Positions 50,485 to 61,108 of a DNA stretch of 64,000 bases are shown one piece after another. The notes beneath the pieces are model-generated. The model did not search any database, was not told the DNA's origin, and saw only the letters and a program-made list of their open reading frames with translations. The stretch comes from Clostridia bacterium. GTDB lineage: Bacteria; Bacillota; Clostridia; UBA1212; DUPL01. Position numbers and translations under genes: made by a program. Numbering within the stretch: the stretch's first letter is position 1; each line of letters begins with the position of its first letter. The stretch covers positions 160,001-224,000 of the forward strand of contig JBMNIW010000005.1 of assembly GCA_050951325.1 (NCBI GenBank), in the 5' to 3' direction.

Positions 50485-52764
50485 ATGTTTAAAGTCTCGC
50501 ATAGATGTATTGTATTGAGAGATGATGCTGTGGAAAGAAAAAGCTTGAACACAAAGCTTCTGGGTCATCATTTGCTGCGTGTTGAAGGAATACAAAATGC
50601 AGCCAGCATGTACAGGGGAAAAAATGCCTGCATTGTTGCGTCCGGTATTGCAAATATAATAGAGAATTTTCCACCCATAATACAGGACGGAGAGCTGATT
50701 GTTGGTTACAATTATCCCGACAACCCTTATCCTGACTGGTGGATTTGCCCGGATACCGAGGAATATCGAAAATTACTTCAAGAAATCGGATTCTCAAAAG
50801 AAAGGGTTGATAGATACTTTGCTACAAGAGACAAAGTATCAGAACTGTTTGATTATGCACCAAACCCTGAGTTTAATGAAGTTGACAAACAGCTGGATAC
50901 GGAGTGGGCTTCAATAGGTCGCTGCATATCCGACAATCATTCGGTAATAGGATATGAGGATGTATTAAAGTATGGATTTGAGGGCCTTTTGGAAAAGGTT
51001 TTGGAATATGAGCGTAAGAACGGCTCTTCTGATTTGTATGAAAGCATGAAGATAATCTGTAAATCAGCATGCAGGATTGGTGAAATATATGCAGATTTGG
51101 CAAGAAAACTGCAGCTGGACCCTTCTATTGATGAAATAAGACGATTGGAACTTGAAAAAATAGAAAAGGTATGCAGACAGGTACCTACAAAACCTGCACG
51201 TTCTTTCCATGAAGCAGTACAGAGTTTATGGTTTGCCCATATAATCAATACCTGGGAAGACGGAATAAATGCAAATTCGTTAGGGAGACTGGATCAGATT
51301 CTTTACCCATATTACATACACGATATAGAAAATGGAACTATTACAAAAGAACAGGTTTTTGAACTTATCTGCTGCTTATGGATAAAATTATACAGAGATT
51401 ACGATGTGCAGCAATCTTGCGTTGGTGGATGTCTGGCTGATGGCAGTTCTGTCGTAAATGATTTGTCATACATGATGCTGGATGCAACGGAGCAGCTTGG
51501 ATTTGTTCGCTGTCTGTCTGTAAGGTTCTCATCACAAACTGACAAAATGTTTTTAAGACGGGCTCTCGAGGTGGTCGGAAGAGTCAAATCTGGAATACCT
51601 TTCTTTTTCAATGATGAGGTAATGATTCCTGCCCTTGTTTCAAAGGGAATCTCACTTGAAGATGCAAGAAACTATACACAGATTGGTTGTGTGGAAACTG
51701 TAATTCCCGGAAAGTCCAATCCTCATGCAGTTTCAGGTCAAACAAATCTTCTTAAAGCTGTTGAATATGCTTTTGGAAACGGCAGGAGTTTGTTTAATCC
51801 TGAATTCAAACCTGGACTGACAACTGGAGATATTGATACATTTAAAACTTATGAGGATTTTGAAAATGCAGTTTTGAAGCAAATCAAACACATATTGGAC
51901 AATTCCTGCAAAAAGGTGTATGAATGGACATGTGCTGCAAGAAAAAACGCAGTAAAACCTGTAAAGTCACTTCTTACCGAAGGGTGTGTTGAATCCAACA
52001 GGGATTTCAACAACCATGGTGCAAAGTACGATTATTATCAAATCATGCTGGGAGGCGTACCAAACCTGGCGGATTCTTTGATGGTTGTAAAGAAACTAGT
52101 TTTTGAAGATGAAAGATATTCATTACAGTACATGAAAGAACAGCTCGAAAAGGACTTTCCAAATGAAATCTTCAGGATGGAGTGTATTCACAAGGTACCA
52201 AAGTATGGTAATGATATTGATGAAGTGGATGAGATTGCATCACGAATTATTGAATATTCGTGTAAAGTTCTAGACGAGATGGAAGAGAAATATGGTCTAA
52301 AATTTCATGCACAGCCCTTTACTTTTCTTTGGATGGTCGACCATGGCAGAGTAACTTCAGCAACTCCTGACGGACGAAGAAAGGGAGAAATAATTGCATA
52401 CAGCATGTCACCAATGCAGGGACGTGACAAAAACGGCTTTACCGCACTTATGAACACATTGTCAAAATTGCCTGGAAAAATGTGTCCTGGCACGGTTTCT
52501 GCCATTGTTGAAGTCGACCCAAAACTGTATACGGAGAACAACATAGATTACTTTGTAGATATACTTGTTGCGTGTGCCGGTAAAGGCATTGCAAATGTTC
52601 AGTTCAACACCATAGATGCAGATACCTTGATAGATGCGCAAAAGTATCCTGACAAGTATTCAAATCTTGCAGTACGAGTATCCGGCTTCAGCCAGAAGTT
52701 TAATTTGCTGGACAAAAACTTGCAGGATCATATTATAGGAAGGACAAAGCACCAATGCATGTAG
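50485..52764 (+). CDS. glycyl radical enzyme of unassigned class
   Basis: SLGRLDQ, GCVE single-Cys loop, PKYGND, ATPDGR, C-terminal RVSGF glycyl motif; AAGGAG RBS. Confidence 0.9.
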   Translation: MFKVSHRCIVLRDDAVERKSLNTKLLGHHLLRVEGIQNAASMYRGKNACIVASGIANIIENFPPIIQDGELIVGYNYPDNPYPDWWICPDTEEYRKLLQEIGFSKERVDRYFATRDKVSELFDYAPNPEFNEVDKQLDTEWASIGRCISDNHSVIGYEDVLKYGFEGLLEKVLEYERKNGSSDLYESMKIICKSACRIGEIYADLARKLQLDPSIDEIRRLELEKIEKVCRQVPTKPARSFHEAVQSLWFAHIINTWEDGINANSLGRLDQILYPYYIHDIENGTITKEQVFELICCLWIKLYRDYDVQQSCVGGCLADGSSVVNDLSYMMLDATEQLGFVRCLSVRFSSQTDKMFLRRALEVVGRVKSGIPFFFNDEVMIPALVSKGISLEDARNYTQIGCVETVIPGKSNPHAVSGQTNLLKAVEYAFGNGRSLFNPEFKPGLTTGDIDTFKTYEDFENAVLKQIKHILDNSCKKVYEWTCAARKNAVKPVKSLLTEGCVESNRDFNNHGAKYDYYQIMLGGVPNLADSLMVVKKLVFEDERYSLQYMKEQLEKDFPNEIFRMECIHKVPKYGNDIDEVDEIASRIIEYSCKVLDEMEEKYGLKFHAQPFTFLWMVDHGRVTSATPDGRRKGEIIAYSMSPMQGRDKNGFTALMNTLSKLPGKMCPGTVSAIVEVDPKLYTENNIDYFVDILVACAGKGIANVQFNTIDADTLIDAQKYPDKYSNLAVRVSGFSQKFNLLDKNLQDHIIGRTKHQCM

Positions 52765-53663
52765 ATACATTGATTGCAAATATTGTAAGAGGATCTCTAC
52801 ATGACGGCAGAGGCATTCGCACGGTAGTATATTTCAAAGGCTGCAACATGAAATGCAAATGGTGTCACAACCCGGAATGTATTTCTTTTCAGTCTGAGAT
52901 ATTGTATGCAGATAGCAAATGCATAAGGTGTGGTGTATGTGTTGAGACATGTACAAATCATGTTATTTATGATGACAAGCATGTTTTTAATCGTGAGGGT
53001 TGTACAGCCTGTGGGGAATGTGCCTCCAATTGTCCTGTGAATGCTCTGGAACTATGCGGAGTAAATATGAGTACTGACACAGTCCTAAAGGAGATTCTGA
53101 AGGACAAACACTATTACGATACATCGTCAGGAGGAGTTACATTCTCAGGTGGGGAGTGCCTGCTTCATCCAGAGTATGTACTTGAATTGTGCAAGCTTTG
53201 TAAAGAGAATGCAGTTTCGATAACAATAGAGACTGCATTGAATGTGTCTTGGGAAGCGATTGAGCTGGTTTATCCGTATGTGGATACTTTTTATGTGGAT
53301 ATTAAGCATATGGATGATGAAAAGCACTGTTTCCATACTGGTTGTAGTAATGAAAGGGTATTGAATAATCTGAAAAGGCTGGCAAAAGTCCATGGCGATA
53401 TCATTGTAAGAACTCCTTTAATACCGAGAGTGAATGATTCGTATGAGAATCTTGTTGAAACTGCTAAATTTGCACACAACCTAGGAATAAAGAGAGTTGA
53501 GTTTCTGAGATACAACATACTGGGTAAATCGAAATATGATTTGCTGCAGAAAGATTATGTATCATATTCTGACGAAACACAAGCCAAGGAGTATATGGAT
53601 GATTTGTGCCAAAGAATTAATTGCTTGATTGGTGAGGGGGATTTTGTTTTTTGGGTGGAATAG
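52755..53663 (+). CDS. glycyl radical enzyme activating enzyme with ferredoxin insert
   Basis: HDGRGIRT, CxxxCxxCHNPE, two CxxCxxCxxxC clusters, GGVTFSGGE. Confidence 0.92.
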   Translation: MHVDTLIANIVRGSLHDGRGIRTVVYFKGCNMKCKWCHNPECISFQSEILYADSKCIRCGVCVETCTNHVIYDDKHVFNREGCTACGECASNCPVNALELCGVNMSTDTVLKEILKDKHYYDTSSGGVTFSGGECLLHPEYVLELCKLCKENAVSITIETALNVSWEAIELVYPYVDTFYVDIKHMDDEKHCFHTGCSNERVLNNLKRLAKVHGDIIVRTPLIPRVNDSYENLVETAKFAHNLGIKRVEFLRYNILGKSKYDLLQKDYVSYSDETQAKEYMDDLCQRINCLIGEGDFVFWVE

Positions 53664-53689
53664 TAAACTGATAAAAGGGGGAGTTTCAA

Positions 53690-55099
53690 ATGATTAAGAT
53701 AAGTCCTGTACCTGATGAAAGTTACAAGTCCCATGATTTTGTAATTACTGTAAATGGAATCAATTTGGATGCATACAAGTGCAGGGTATCAAGAATTCCA
53801 TTCAACAGGGTATGGCCAGGATATCAAAGACCTTTGGATCAAACCGAAATGGCGTCCTTTGCATATTTGGCAGCCGATGAAGAGGTGGAGTTTGCCATCA
53901 CTCCAAACAAGGACTTCAGTGAAGTAGTCATAAGACCTTTGTCTAAAAAAGTAGAGTTTGATGTACAAAATGGTGTAATAAGGTTCAGAATAAAGAAGGC
54001 AGGGCAGTATACAGTGGAATTGGATGGACACCACAATGCTCTTCATTTGTTTGTAAATCCGATTGAAGAGTATCTTAAAGATGATAACACCATATACTTT
54101 GGCCCTGGGGTGCATTATGCCGGGCATATAGATATGCAGGACAATCAAACGATTTTTGTTGATTCCGGTGCGGTAGTACATTGCTCTATAACTGCTGCCG
54201 ATAAAAAGAACATAGCTATAAAAGGGCATGGAATAATTGACAACAGCTCATTTAAAAGGCCTTCCAAGTCGTGTCTAAGATGTCCAACAAGTGTTGTATT
54301 TACCAGATGTATGAATGTAGAAATTAGTGGAGTCATATTCAATGATGCCAGCGCATGGACGGCTACGTTCTTTAACTGTGACAATATCTTGGTGGACAAT
54401 ATCAAAACAATTGGTATGTGGAGATACAATTCGGATGGTGTTGACTTTGTCAACAGTTCCAATGGAATTGTCAGGAATAGCTTCCTCCGCAACTTTGATG
54501 ATGTCATTGTTTTGAAGGGGATTAAAGGTTATGACCATAGGAATGTTGAAAATATCCTGGTAGAGAATTGTGTCTTGTGGTGCGACTGGGGAAGAGCTCT
54601 TGAAATTGGGGCTGAAACCTGTGCTGATGAGTACAGAAATATTGTCTTTAGAAACTGTGATATCATACATGCTTCAACAAAAGCGATGGATCTTCAAAAT
54701 GGAGACAGAGCAAATGTGCACATGGTACTTTTCGAGGACATTAGAGTGGAGTACAGCAAATACGCAATGCCAGAGGTTTATCAGGAGAGTGATGATATGG
54801 AGTATGTATGGGATGGAAAGCCAAACATTCCATGGCTTTTCTATGCTCACTTGTACTGTGGTCTTTGGTCTGACGACAATCTTCTTGGCACAAACAGCAA
54901 TATAAGGCTTAAGAATATTCAAGTATTCATGGATGAAGGTCTTGAAAGACCTAAAATTGGGCTTTATGGTGCAAATGAAGATCACATGACATATGATATA
55001 ACTATTGAAGATCTATATATAAATGGTGTGAAAGTTGTATCCTATGAGGATGCGAACATTCACACCAACGAGTTTGTGCAAAATGTTGTTGTCAAATAA
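53690..55099 (+). CDS. GH28-related beta-helix glycoside hydrolase (cytoplasmic)
   Basis: YFGPGVH, IKGHGIID, NSDGVD, DD.I..K, EIGAET; no signal peptide. Confidence 0.75.
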   Translation: MIKISPVPDESYKSHDFVITVNGINLDAYKCRVSRIPFNRVWPGYQRPLDQTEMASFAYLAADEEVEFAITPNKDFSEVVIRPLSKKVEFDVQNGVIRFRIKKAGQYTVELDGHHNALHLFVNPIEEYLKDDNTIYFGPGVHYAGHIDMQDNQTIFVDSGAVVHCSITAADKKNIAIKGHGIIDNSSFKRPSKSCLRCPTSVVFTRCMNVEISGVIFNDASAWTATFFNCDNILVDNIKTIGMWRYNSDGVDFVNSSNGIVRNSFLRNFDDVIVLKGIKGYDHRNVENILVENCVLWCDWGRALEIGAETCADEYRNIVFRNCDIIHASTKAMDLQNGDRANVHMVLFEDIRVEYSKYAMPEVYQESDDMEYVWDGKPNIPWLFYAHLYCGLWSDDNLLGTNSNIRLKNIQVFMDEGLERPKIGLYGANEDHMTYDITIEDLYINGVKVVSYEDANIHTNEFVQNVVVK

Positions 55100-55189
55100 T
55101 CATCAGACTCGTTTTCGTAAAACAGAAGAATTAGTATTGCGTGAAGACTTGCTGCAAGTGTTATCTCGATATTGTTTGGCCTCAATACA

Positions 55190-55451
55190 GAGAAGCTTGC
55201 ATAAGTCTTGCTTTCTACATTATTGTGCCAGTATCTTACTGCATGGATGTAGTTAATAGATAAGTCAGGTTGAGATTGATGCTGTTACCTTAAGCGATAA
55301 GGGGCAGACAAAAGGATATATGTTGATAAATCCAGAGCAAGTGACAACATATATATTCGATGTTGAAGGATTGTGGAGCAAGCAGGAGAGTGCAAACGAC
55401 CCTGATTCCAACAACATTTCCAGTTCAAACCTTTTAGTCAAGCAGGTTTAA
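55190..55451 (+). pseudogene. degraded lipoprotein gene remnant
   Basis: lipobox-like ILLHGCS followed by stops, then a ~63-codon open stretch ISQVEIDAVT...LLVKQV in another frame. Confidence 0.35.
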
Positions 55452-55631
55452 GGAATATGAAAAAGCATCAACTGTAATGCCGGAACAATTAAACTGTTTT
55501 TAGGGATGACAATCTGATAGCCATTGGTCGGGACAAGAGTAAAAATATTATATGGAAATTATACAATAATTTGTTTTGATTTGTATAATAGTTATGTTGT
55601 TTATATTATTGAAGCAAGGAAAGAGGTTTGT

Positions 55632-56474
55632 ATGAAGAAGTTTCAAGAGTATATAATTTGCATATTTGGAGCTGCACTTGTTGCATCTGGTGTTTATTTT
55701 TTCAAAATGCCAAACAACTTCTCAACTGGAGGGGTTACTGGCATCTCCGTTGTTTTAAGCGGATTTTTCAAACTCCAATCAGCTTCAATAATTGCATCTG
55801 CATTGAATATTTTGATGTTGATCCTTGGTTTTTTAGTTTTGGGAAAGCAATGCGGTTTGAAAATAGTACTTGGCTCAATCTCGATGTCTGCCACATTGTT
55901 ACTGCTCGAATTTTTTATCCCAATGAGGCAGCCATTAACTGATGAACCCTTTCTTGAACTGATTTTTGCTGTACTTTTACCTGGTGTGGGTTCTGCTATT
56001 CTGTTTAATATAAATGGAAGCACTGGTGGAACTGATATAATTGCAATGATATTAAGAAAGTTCACAAGTATCAACATTGGTCTTGCACTGTTCTTATCAG
56101 ACTTGATAATTACTCTGGGTGCATTTTTATTCGGGGTGAAGGTTGGTTTGTTCTCGTTATTGGGGTTATTATCAAAGACCATGATAGTTGATACCGTTAT
56201 TGAAAGTATTAATACAGTAAAATGCTTTTCAATTATTACATTGAATCCTGGCCCGATCAGCGAATTTATAACCACCAAACTGAGGAGAAGCACTACCGTT
56301 ATTGATGCTGTAGGAGGATATACGAATGAGAACAAAAAGGTTGTTGTTACCGTGATGAACAGAATGCAGGCAATACAGCTGAGAAGATATCTAAAAGAAC
56401 ATTATCCAGAAGCATTCATAATTATAACAAATTCCAGTGAAATTATCGGAAAAGGTTTCAGAGGAGTAAACTGA
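55632..56474 (+). CDS. YitT family membrane protein
   Basis: TGGVTG, GSTGGTDI, C-terminal AFIII..EIIGKGF. Confidence 0.9.
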   Translation: MKKFQEYIICIFGAALVASGVYFFKMPNNFSTGGVTGISVVLSGFFKLQSASIIASALNILMLILGFLVLGKQCGLKIVLGSISMSATLLLLEFFIPMRQPLTDEPFLELIFAVLLPGVGSAILFNINGSTGGTDIIAMILRKFTSINIGLALFLSDLIITLGAFLFGVKVGLFSLLGLLSKTMIVDTVIESINTVKCFSIITLNPGPISEFITTKLRRSTTVIDAVGGYTNENKKVVVTVMNRMQAIQLRRYLKEHYPEAFIIITNSSEIIGKGFRGVN

Positions 56475-56542
56475 TAACCATATTGAAAACTGATTCTAAA
56501 AATGATAGTATAGGGTATTTTTATTTAGAAAGGAAGAGATAA

Positions 56543-57382
56543 ATGATTTTGTCAACACCAACGGATTATCTGTCATACCGTTTGGGTTTGGAAAAGGCAA
56601 TCAGGCTATTATGCGAAACTGGATATGATGCACTAGACTTCACAATGTTCTGTCTTGCAAATGAAAAGGATCCGCTGCATACTGAAGGTAACAAGTATGT
56701 TGAAAAAATTAAAAAGATTGTAGATGGGTATGGCGTTTATTTCAACCAGGCCCATGCCCCGTTTCCATCTTTTAAAGAAGGGGACGAGGAGTTCAATAAA
56801 AGGATGTTTAAAGCAATTGTTAGATCGATGGAAATATGCTGCATACTGGAAATTGGAATTGTTGTTGTTCATCCCATAGATTGGTCAAACGCACAAGAAG
56901 TGATGCAGAAGAACGTAGAGTTCTTCAACAGCCTCATACCATACTGTGAGAAATACAATGTGAAGATTGCATTGGAAAACAACCACCTTTATCAAACGGC
57001 AGAGCAGTTATCGGAACTTGTAGATTCCCTTGATGACAAATTCTTTACAGTATGTCTTGATACAGGACACTGTCATTTGTTTGGGCAGGATACAGCAAGC
57101 ATGATAAGAAAACTGGGGAATGACAGATTGAAAGCTCTTCATGTTCATGACAATGATGCTGTCATTGACCGCCATACGGCTCCATATTTTGGAACTATGG
57201 ATTGGACCTCTATTACCAACGCTCTTGCAGAAATCAATTACTCCGGTGATTTTACGCTTGAGGCTGACAGTTTTTATCATAAACTTCCTAACGAACTTCT
57301 TCCTGCGAGTGCAAAATATCTGCATGATATTGGAAGGCTGCTAGTTGAAATGGTCGAAAAAGCTAAAAAGAGTAATAGCTAG
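56543..57382 (+). CDS. sugar phosphate isomerase/epimerase (xylose isomerase-like TIM barrel)
   Basis: QAHAPF, VVHP, IALEN, CLDTGH, LHVHDN, LEA. Confidence 0.88.
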   Translation: MILSTPTDYLSYRLGLEKAIRLLCETGYDALDFTMFCLANEKDPLHTEGNKYVEKIKKIVDGYGVYFNQAHAPFPSFKEGDEEFNKRMFKAIVRSMEICCILEIGIVVVHPIDWSNAQEVMQKNVEFFNSLIPYCEKYNVKIALENNHLYQTAEQLSELVDSLDDKFFTVCLDTGHCHLFGQDTASMIRKLGNDRLKALHVHDNDAVIDRHTAPYFGTMDWTSITNALAEINYSGDFTLEADSFYHKLPNELLPASAKYLHDIGRLLVEMVEKAKKSNS

Positions 57383-57453
57383 TAAAGTAAGACAGAGCTG
57401 CAACTGCTCGATAATATAGGTTGTGGCTCTTTTCATATATTTAGGAGGGAATT

Positions 57454-60222
57454 ATGAGGAAAATAATAGCAGTTGTTAGAATGTTGACATTAGTTGTTGT
57501 GGCTACGTCACTTTTTTGTACAAATATTTCTTTTACAAGTAATGGAACGAGCACTTTGTATATCACTCAAAACAAGAATTATAACATAGAGTATAACGTA
57601 TAAAAACTGGATTTGACTGAAGAGGATCCGAAAGCATACAACAACTCAAATGAATGGGGTTTTTTAGATGCAGGCAATCTTCAGATTAAGGATGCCAGGT
57701 TGTATTGCAAACCCGGTAAATCCTTTTCAATACGTGGAAAGCAAATACTTGGAAATGAATATGGTCTTGAAGAAAGTCCGGTTAAGTTTAATATGGTACT
57801 TGAAGATGGTGTGGTTCGTGTAGGTGTCAGGTTGAGATCTTCCGTGTCAGCAAAAGACACTGGAATTTGGTTTAATATTGACGGTGAATCGGTGACTGTT
57901 ACAGCCAGTGGAACACCTTTGGAAGCGGAAATTAAGCATGAACTTTATCTTGATGAAGAACATGAATACAGGATTGTAAATACTTTCAACAAGATAAGTC
58001 TTTATATAAGTGAGAAGTTGGTAGCATATGTGGATTATACATATGACGAAGATATAACTGTCAGAGATTCATTCGGAAATGTTGTAGGTGAACGGGTAAG
58101 AAATGACAGGACACCTCAGTTTGGCTTCTGGAAGATAACAGTGGAGAATCTAAAAGGTTATATCAAAGATTTAGAGTATGTGAACAGTGTTGTTACACAG
58201 CAGGATTTTCCTGAAAGGGACAAAAGACTAATCAATTACGAAACATGGGTGGCAACGGATGATCTGAACAGGACCACACCAACCAACGTAGAAGCAGGTA
58301 ACAGAAAGAAGAACAAGTATGTTGGTCTGTTCTATTTCCTGAATCATGCAGACGAGCGTGAACATGTAATTCATGATGTCACAAAAATATTTATGGAGCA
58401 GGGTCTTGATGAACTGAAAACAATATTGCCGAATACTTTGAGAATATACTGGGCGGAACCATATTTCGGCTATTATCTGAATACTGACACTTGGGTGTAT
58501 AGAAAGCATGCGTATATGTTTAACGCTGCTGGTATTGATTTCATATTTATCGATTTTTCAAACAATATTGTTTATGAAGAAGGGCTTCAAGCCTTGCTTG
58601 AAACCTGGCTTAGAATTCGAAAAGAAGGTGGAGACACTCCTCAAGTTGTGTTTATGACAGGGGATATGCCTCATGTATTGGTACATGACTTGTATGTGTT
58701 GAAAGACCTTGTATTCAACAATCCGGAATATGATGAGTTGTGGTTCAAATGGGACGGAAAACCCTTGATTTTAGGCAACAATGATGATCCTGATGGAGAT
58801 GTATGGACAATTTCAGAAGAAACTGTTGGAACATATACGAAAGAAATGATGTTCGCAAATCTGACTGAAGCAGAAAAGGAGTTCTACAACAGTGGAGAGT
58901 TTGGAAAACTTCTTGAGAAGTTTACTGTCAGAAAGAGCTGGGCAAGGCAATCAAGGAAATATGAAAAGGATAAGAAGTATGCAGGATACTGGGATTGGCT
59001 GGATGAGTGGCCACAAGCATATGGTAGAAGTTTCAAAGGTGTAAAAGAGCAGATGAGCGTTTCCATAGCAGCAACAGCAATGACCCATAAGGGAAGAAGT
59101 TATGTTAAAGGCAATGTTGACTATGGGACCGGTCTAGAGGACTTTGATTTTAGCTTGGGTAAAGCACAGTACGGCCTTCATTTCGAGGAACAATTCCAAG
59201 AAGCCTTAAAGGCTGATTCCGATGTTATAATGATTACGGGATGGAATGAATGGACTGCAGGCAAGCAGACCAACCCTTATCCAAATATGAGAACAGGCCA
59301 TACCAGCACTCCGTATTACCATTTTGTTGACCAGTTCAACCCGGAGTTCTCAAGGGATGCAGAACCAATGAAGGTGAGAGATGGTGTAGGCTTTGGAGAC
59401 AACTACTACTATCAAATGGTAAACCACATTAGACTTTTTAAAGGGATAGAACCAATAAAAGGGGTAAAGGATACGAATGGCATAAGCTTTGATGGTATTG
59501 CTGAAGAAGGAGAGAAACGTTTACTTCAGGTTGATGATAAAATTATGAGCCAATGGGACAAAATTGAGTACAGGTACATGGATTCAGTCGGTGATACAGC
59601 TTTTCGTAACTTTAACTCAATGGGTTCCCAATACCGTTATATCAATGCAACGGGAAGAAATGATATTGATTACGCAAAGGTGACTCAGGATGATTATTTC
59701 TTGTATTTCATGGTAAAGACAGCATCGGGGATTATCAGTGTAGATGAGGAAAACTGGATGAACCTGTTCGTTGACATAGATAAAAACCATGAAACTGGGT
59801 GGGAAGGATATGACTTTGTCATAAACAGAAGTCGTGACGGAAAAACCGTTATAGTTGAGAAGTTTGTGAACAATAGTTGGGAGTTTGAAACTGTTGGCAG
59901 AGCTGATTACCTTATGGGAAGTGACAACCTGACTATTAAAGTTTCAAAGGAACTGTTAGGTATATCTGAGAATGATTTTTCATTCGATTTCAAATGGGCT
60001 GACAACTCCACAAACATAGGCAATGTAATGCAATTCATGGATTTGGGCGACTGTGCACCGAATGACAGATTTAACTTCAGATTCACAACCACGGACATTC
60101 AGTACAAACCAAAGGCATTAGGACAACTTAACTATGTCCTGATAACTTTAGGTGTAGTATTTGTCATACTAATTGCAATATTTATATATAAAAAAGTAAA
60201 AGTAAAAGGAGAGAGAAAATGA
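57454..60222 (+). pseudogene. membrane-anchored glycoside hydrolase-like protein, paralog C, with an in-frame TAA at 57601-57603
   Basis: AGGAGG RBS, ATG 57454 and signal peptide are in frame with ORF 57613-60222; motifs nearly identical to 1316-3904 (YWAEPYFGYY, ITGWNEW, VDQFNPEFSRD, FDFKWADNST). Confidence 0.78.
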
Positions 60223-61067
60223 GAAAACACATTTTGCTGGTGATGGTATTGGTGTTGGTACTCACCATAGTGTCATGTAATAAGCAGGACAAAGAACCAA
60301 GTGCAACCCAGACACCTCAGCTTACACAAGAACCTACAGCCGTTCCTACAGAAGGGCCAACGGCTGAACCCAAGGCAACTCTTAAGCCGATCACAAACAA
60401 GGGGTATCCTCAAGAGGAGGCGGAAGTACTCATATTTGAAGATTTTGACGATGGTGAAATAGATGAAAATGAATTTGTAGTTGTACTGGGTGAGAATGCA
60501 GACATAATCGATGGTGAGATGCATATTACAAGAGAGTGGACTGCATTGTCTCCTGAATATGATTACGCCATTGGAACACTTCACCATCAATATGAGTTCT
60601 CAATGGAGTACTACTCAACATTTGGCAGATTAAGCGCACCTCACGTAGCATACTGGGTTGGGGCAAGGGTTCCACCTGAGAGGTATGCAGCATATCCTGG
60701 TGGATTCTGGGTGGCTTTTACACATACAAATATTGCCTTTGTTTATCCTGGTGGTGATAATTTTGAAGGTAAAGAACACTGGGCAGAGAAGTGTTTTCAA
60801 ATAAATGTGCCGGAGGAGTTTACGACGAAGCATAAGATTACTGTTGTTGATACCGGTGATGAAATCTATTACTACATGAACACTACCGACGAAGAGTATT
60901 ACCTTATCCTTAAGGCGGTGCTTGATGGTGCGGATCTGCTTTTGTATGATAAGGATGACAATATGTTCTGGGCAGGAGAAAATGCACTGAATGATGAAAT
61001 CGGATTCTCCATATTCAGTCATCGTCAGGCATCTCATACAGATAATGTTACACTTAAGGGACATTAA
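60219..61067 (+). CDS. lipoprotein with Pro/Thr linker and the shared beta-rich domain
   Basis: lipobox IVSC, TQEPTAVPTEGPT linker; ATGA overlap with paralog C. Confidence 0.75.
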   Translation: MRKHILLVMVLVLVLTIVSCNKQDKEPSATQTPQLTQEPTAVPTEGPTAEPKATLKPITNKGYPQEEAEVLIFEDFDDGEIDENEFVVVLGENADIIDGEMHITREWTALSPEYDYAIGTLHHQYEFSMEYYSTFGRLSAPHVAYWVGARVPPERYAAYPGGFWVAFTHTNIAFVYPGGDNFEGKEHWAEKCFQINVPEEFTTKHKITVVDTGDEIYYYMNTTDEEYYLILKAVLDGADLLLYDKDDNMFWAGENALNDEIGFSIFSHRQASHTDNVTLKGH

Positions 61068-61070
61068 CAG

Positions 61071-61108
61071 AAAAGAGGCTTTGGGATTTACTCCAAAGCC
61101 TCGTTTTT
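61071..61108. terminator. bidirectional terminator between the lipoprotein gene and tRNA-Ser
   Basis: GAGGCTTTGG/CCAAAGCCTC stem with A and T tails. Confidence 0.65.

Noticed and set aside
50485-52764. Calling the GRE pyruvate formate-lyase (pflB)
   Set aside because: It lacks the adjacent Cys-Cys pair, and its activase carries a ferredoxin insert unlike PflA.
57601-57603. Stop-codon recoding or alternative genetic code
   Set aside because: TAA terminates many normal genes in this window; this is an isolated case.
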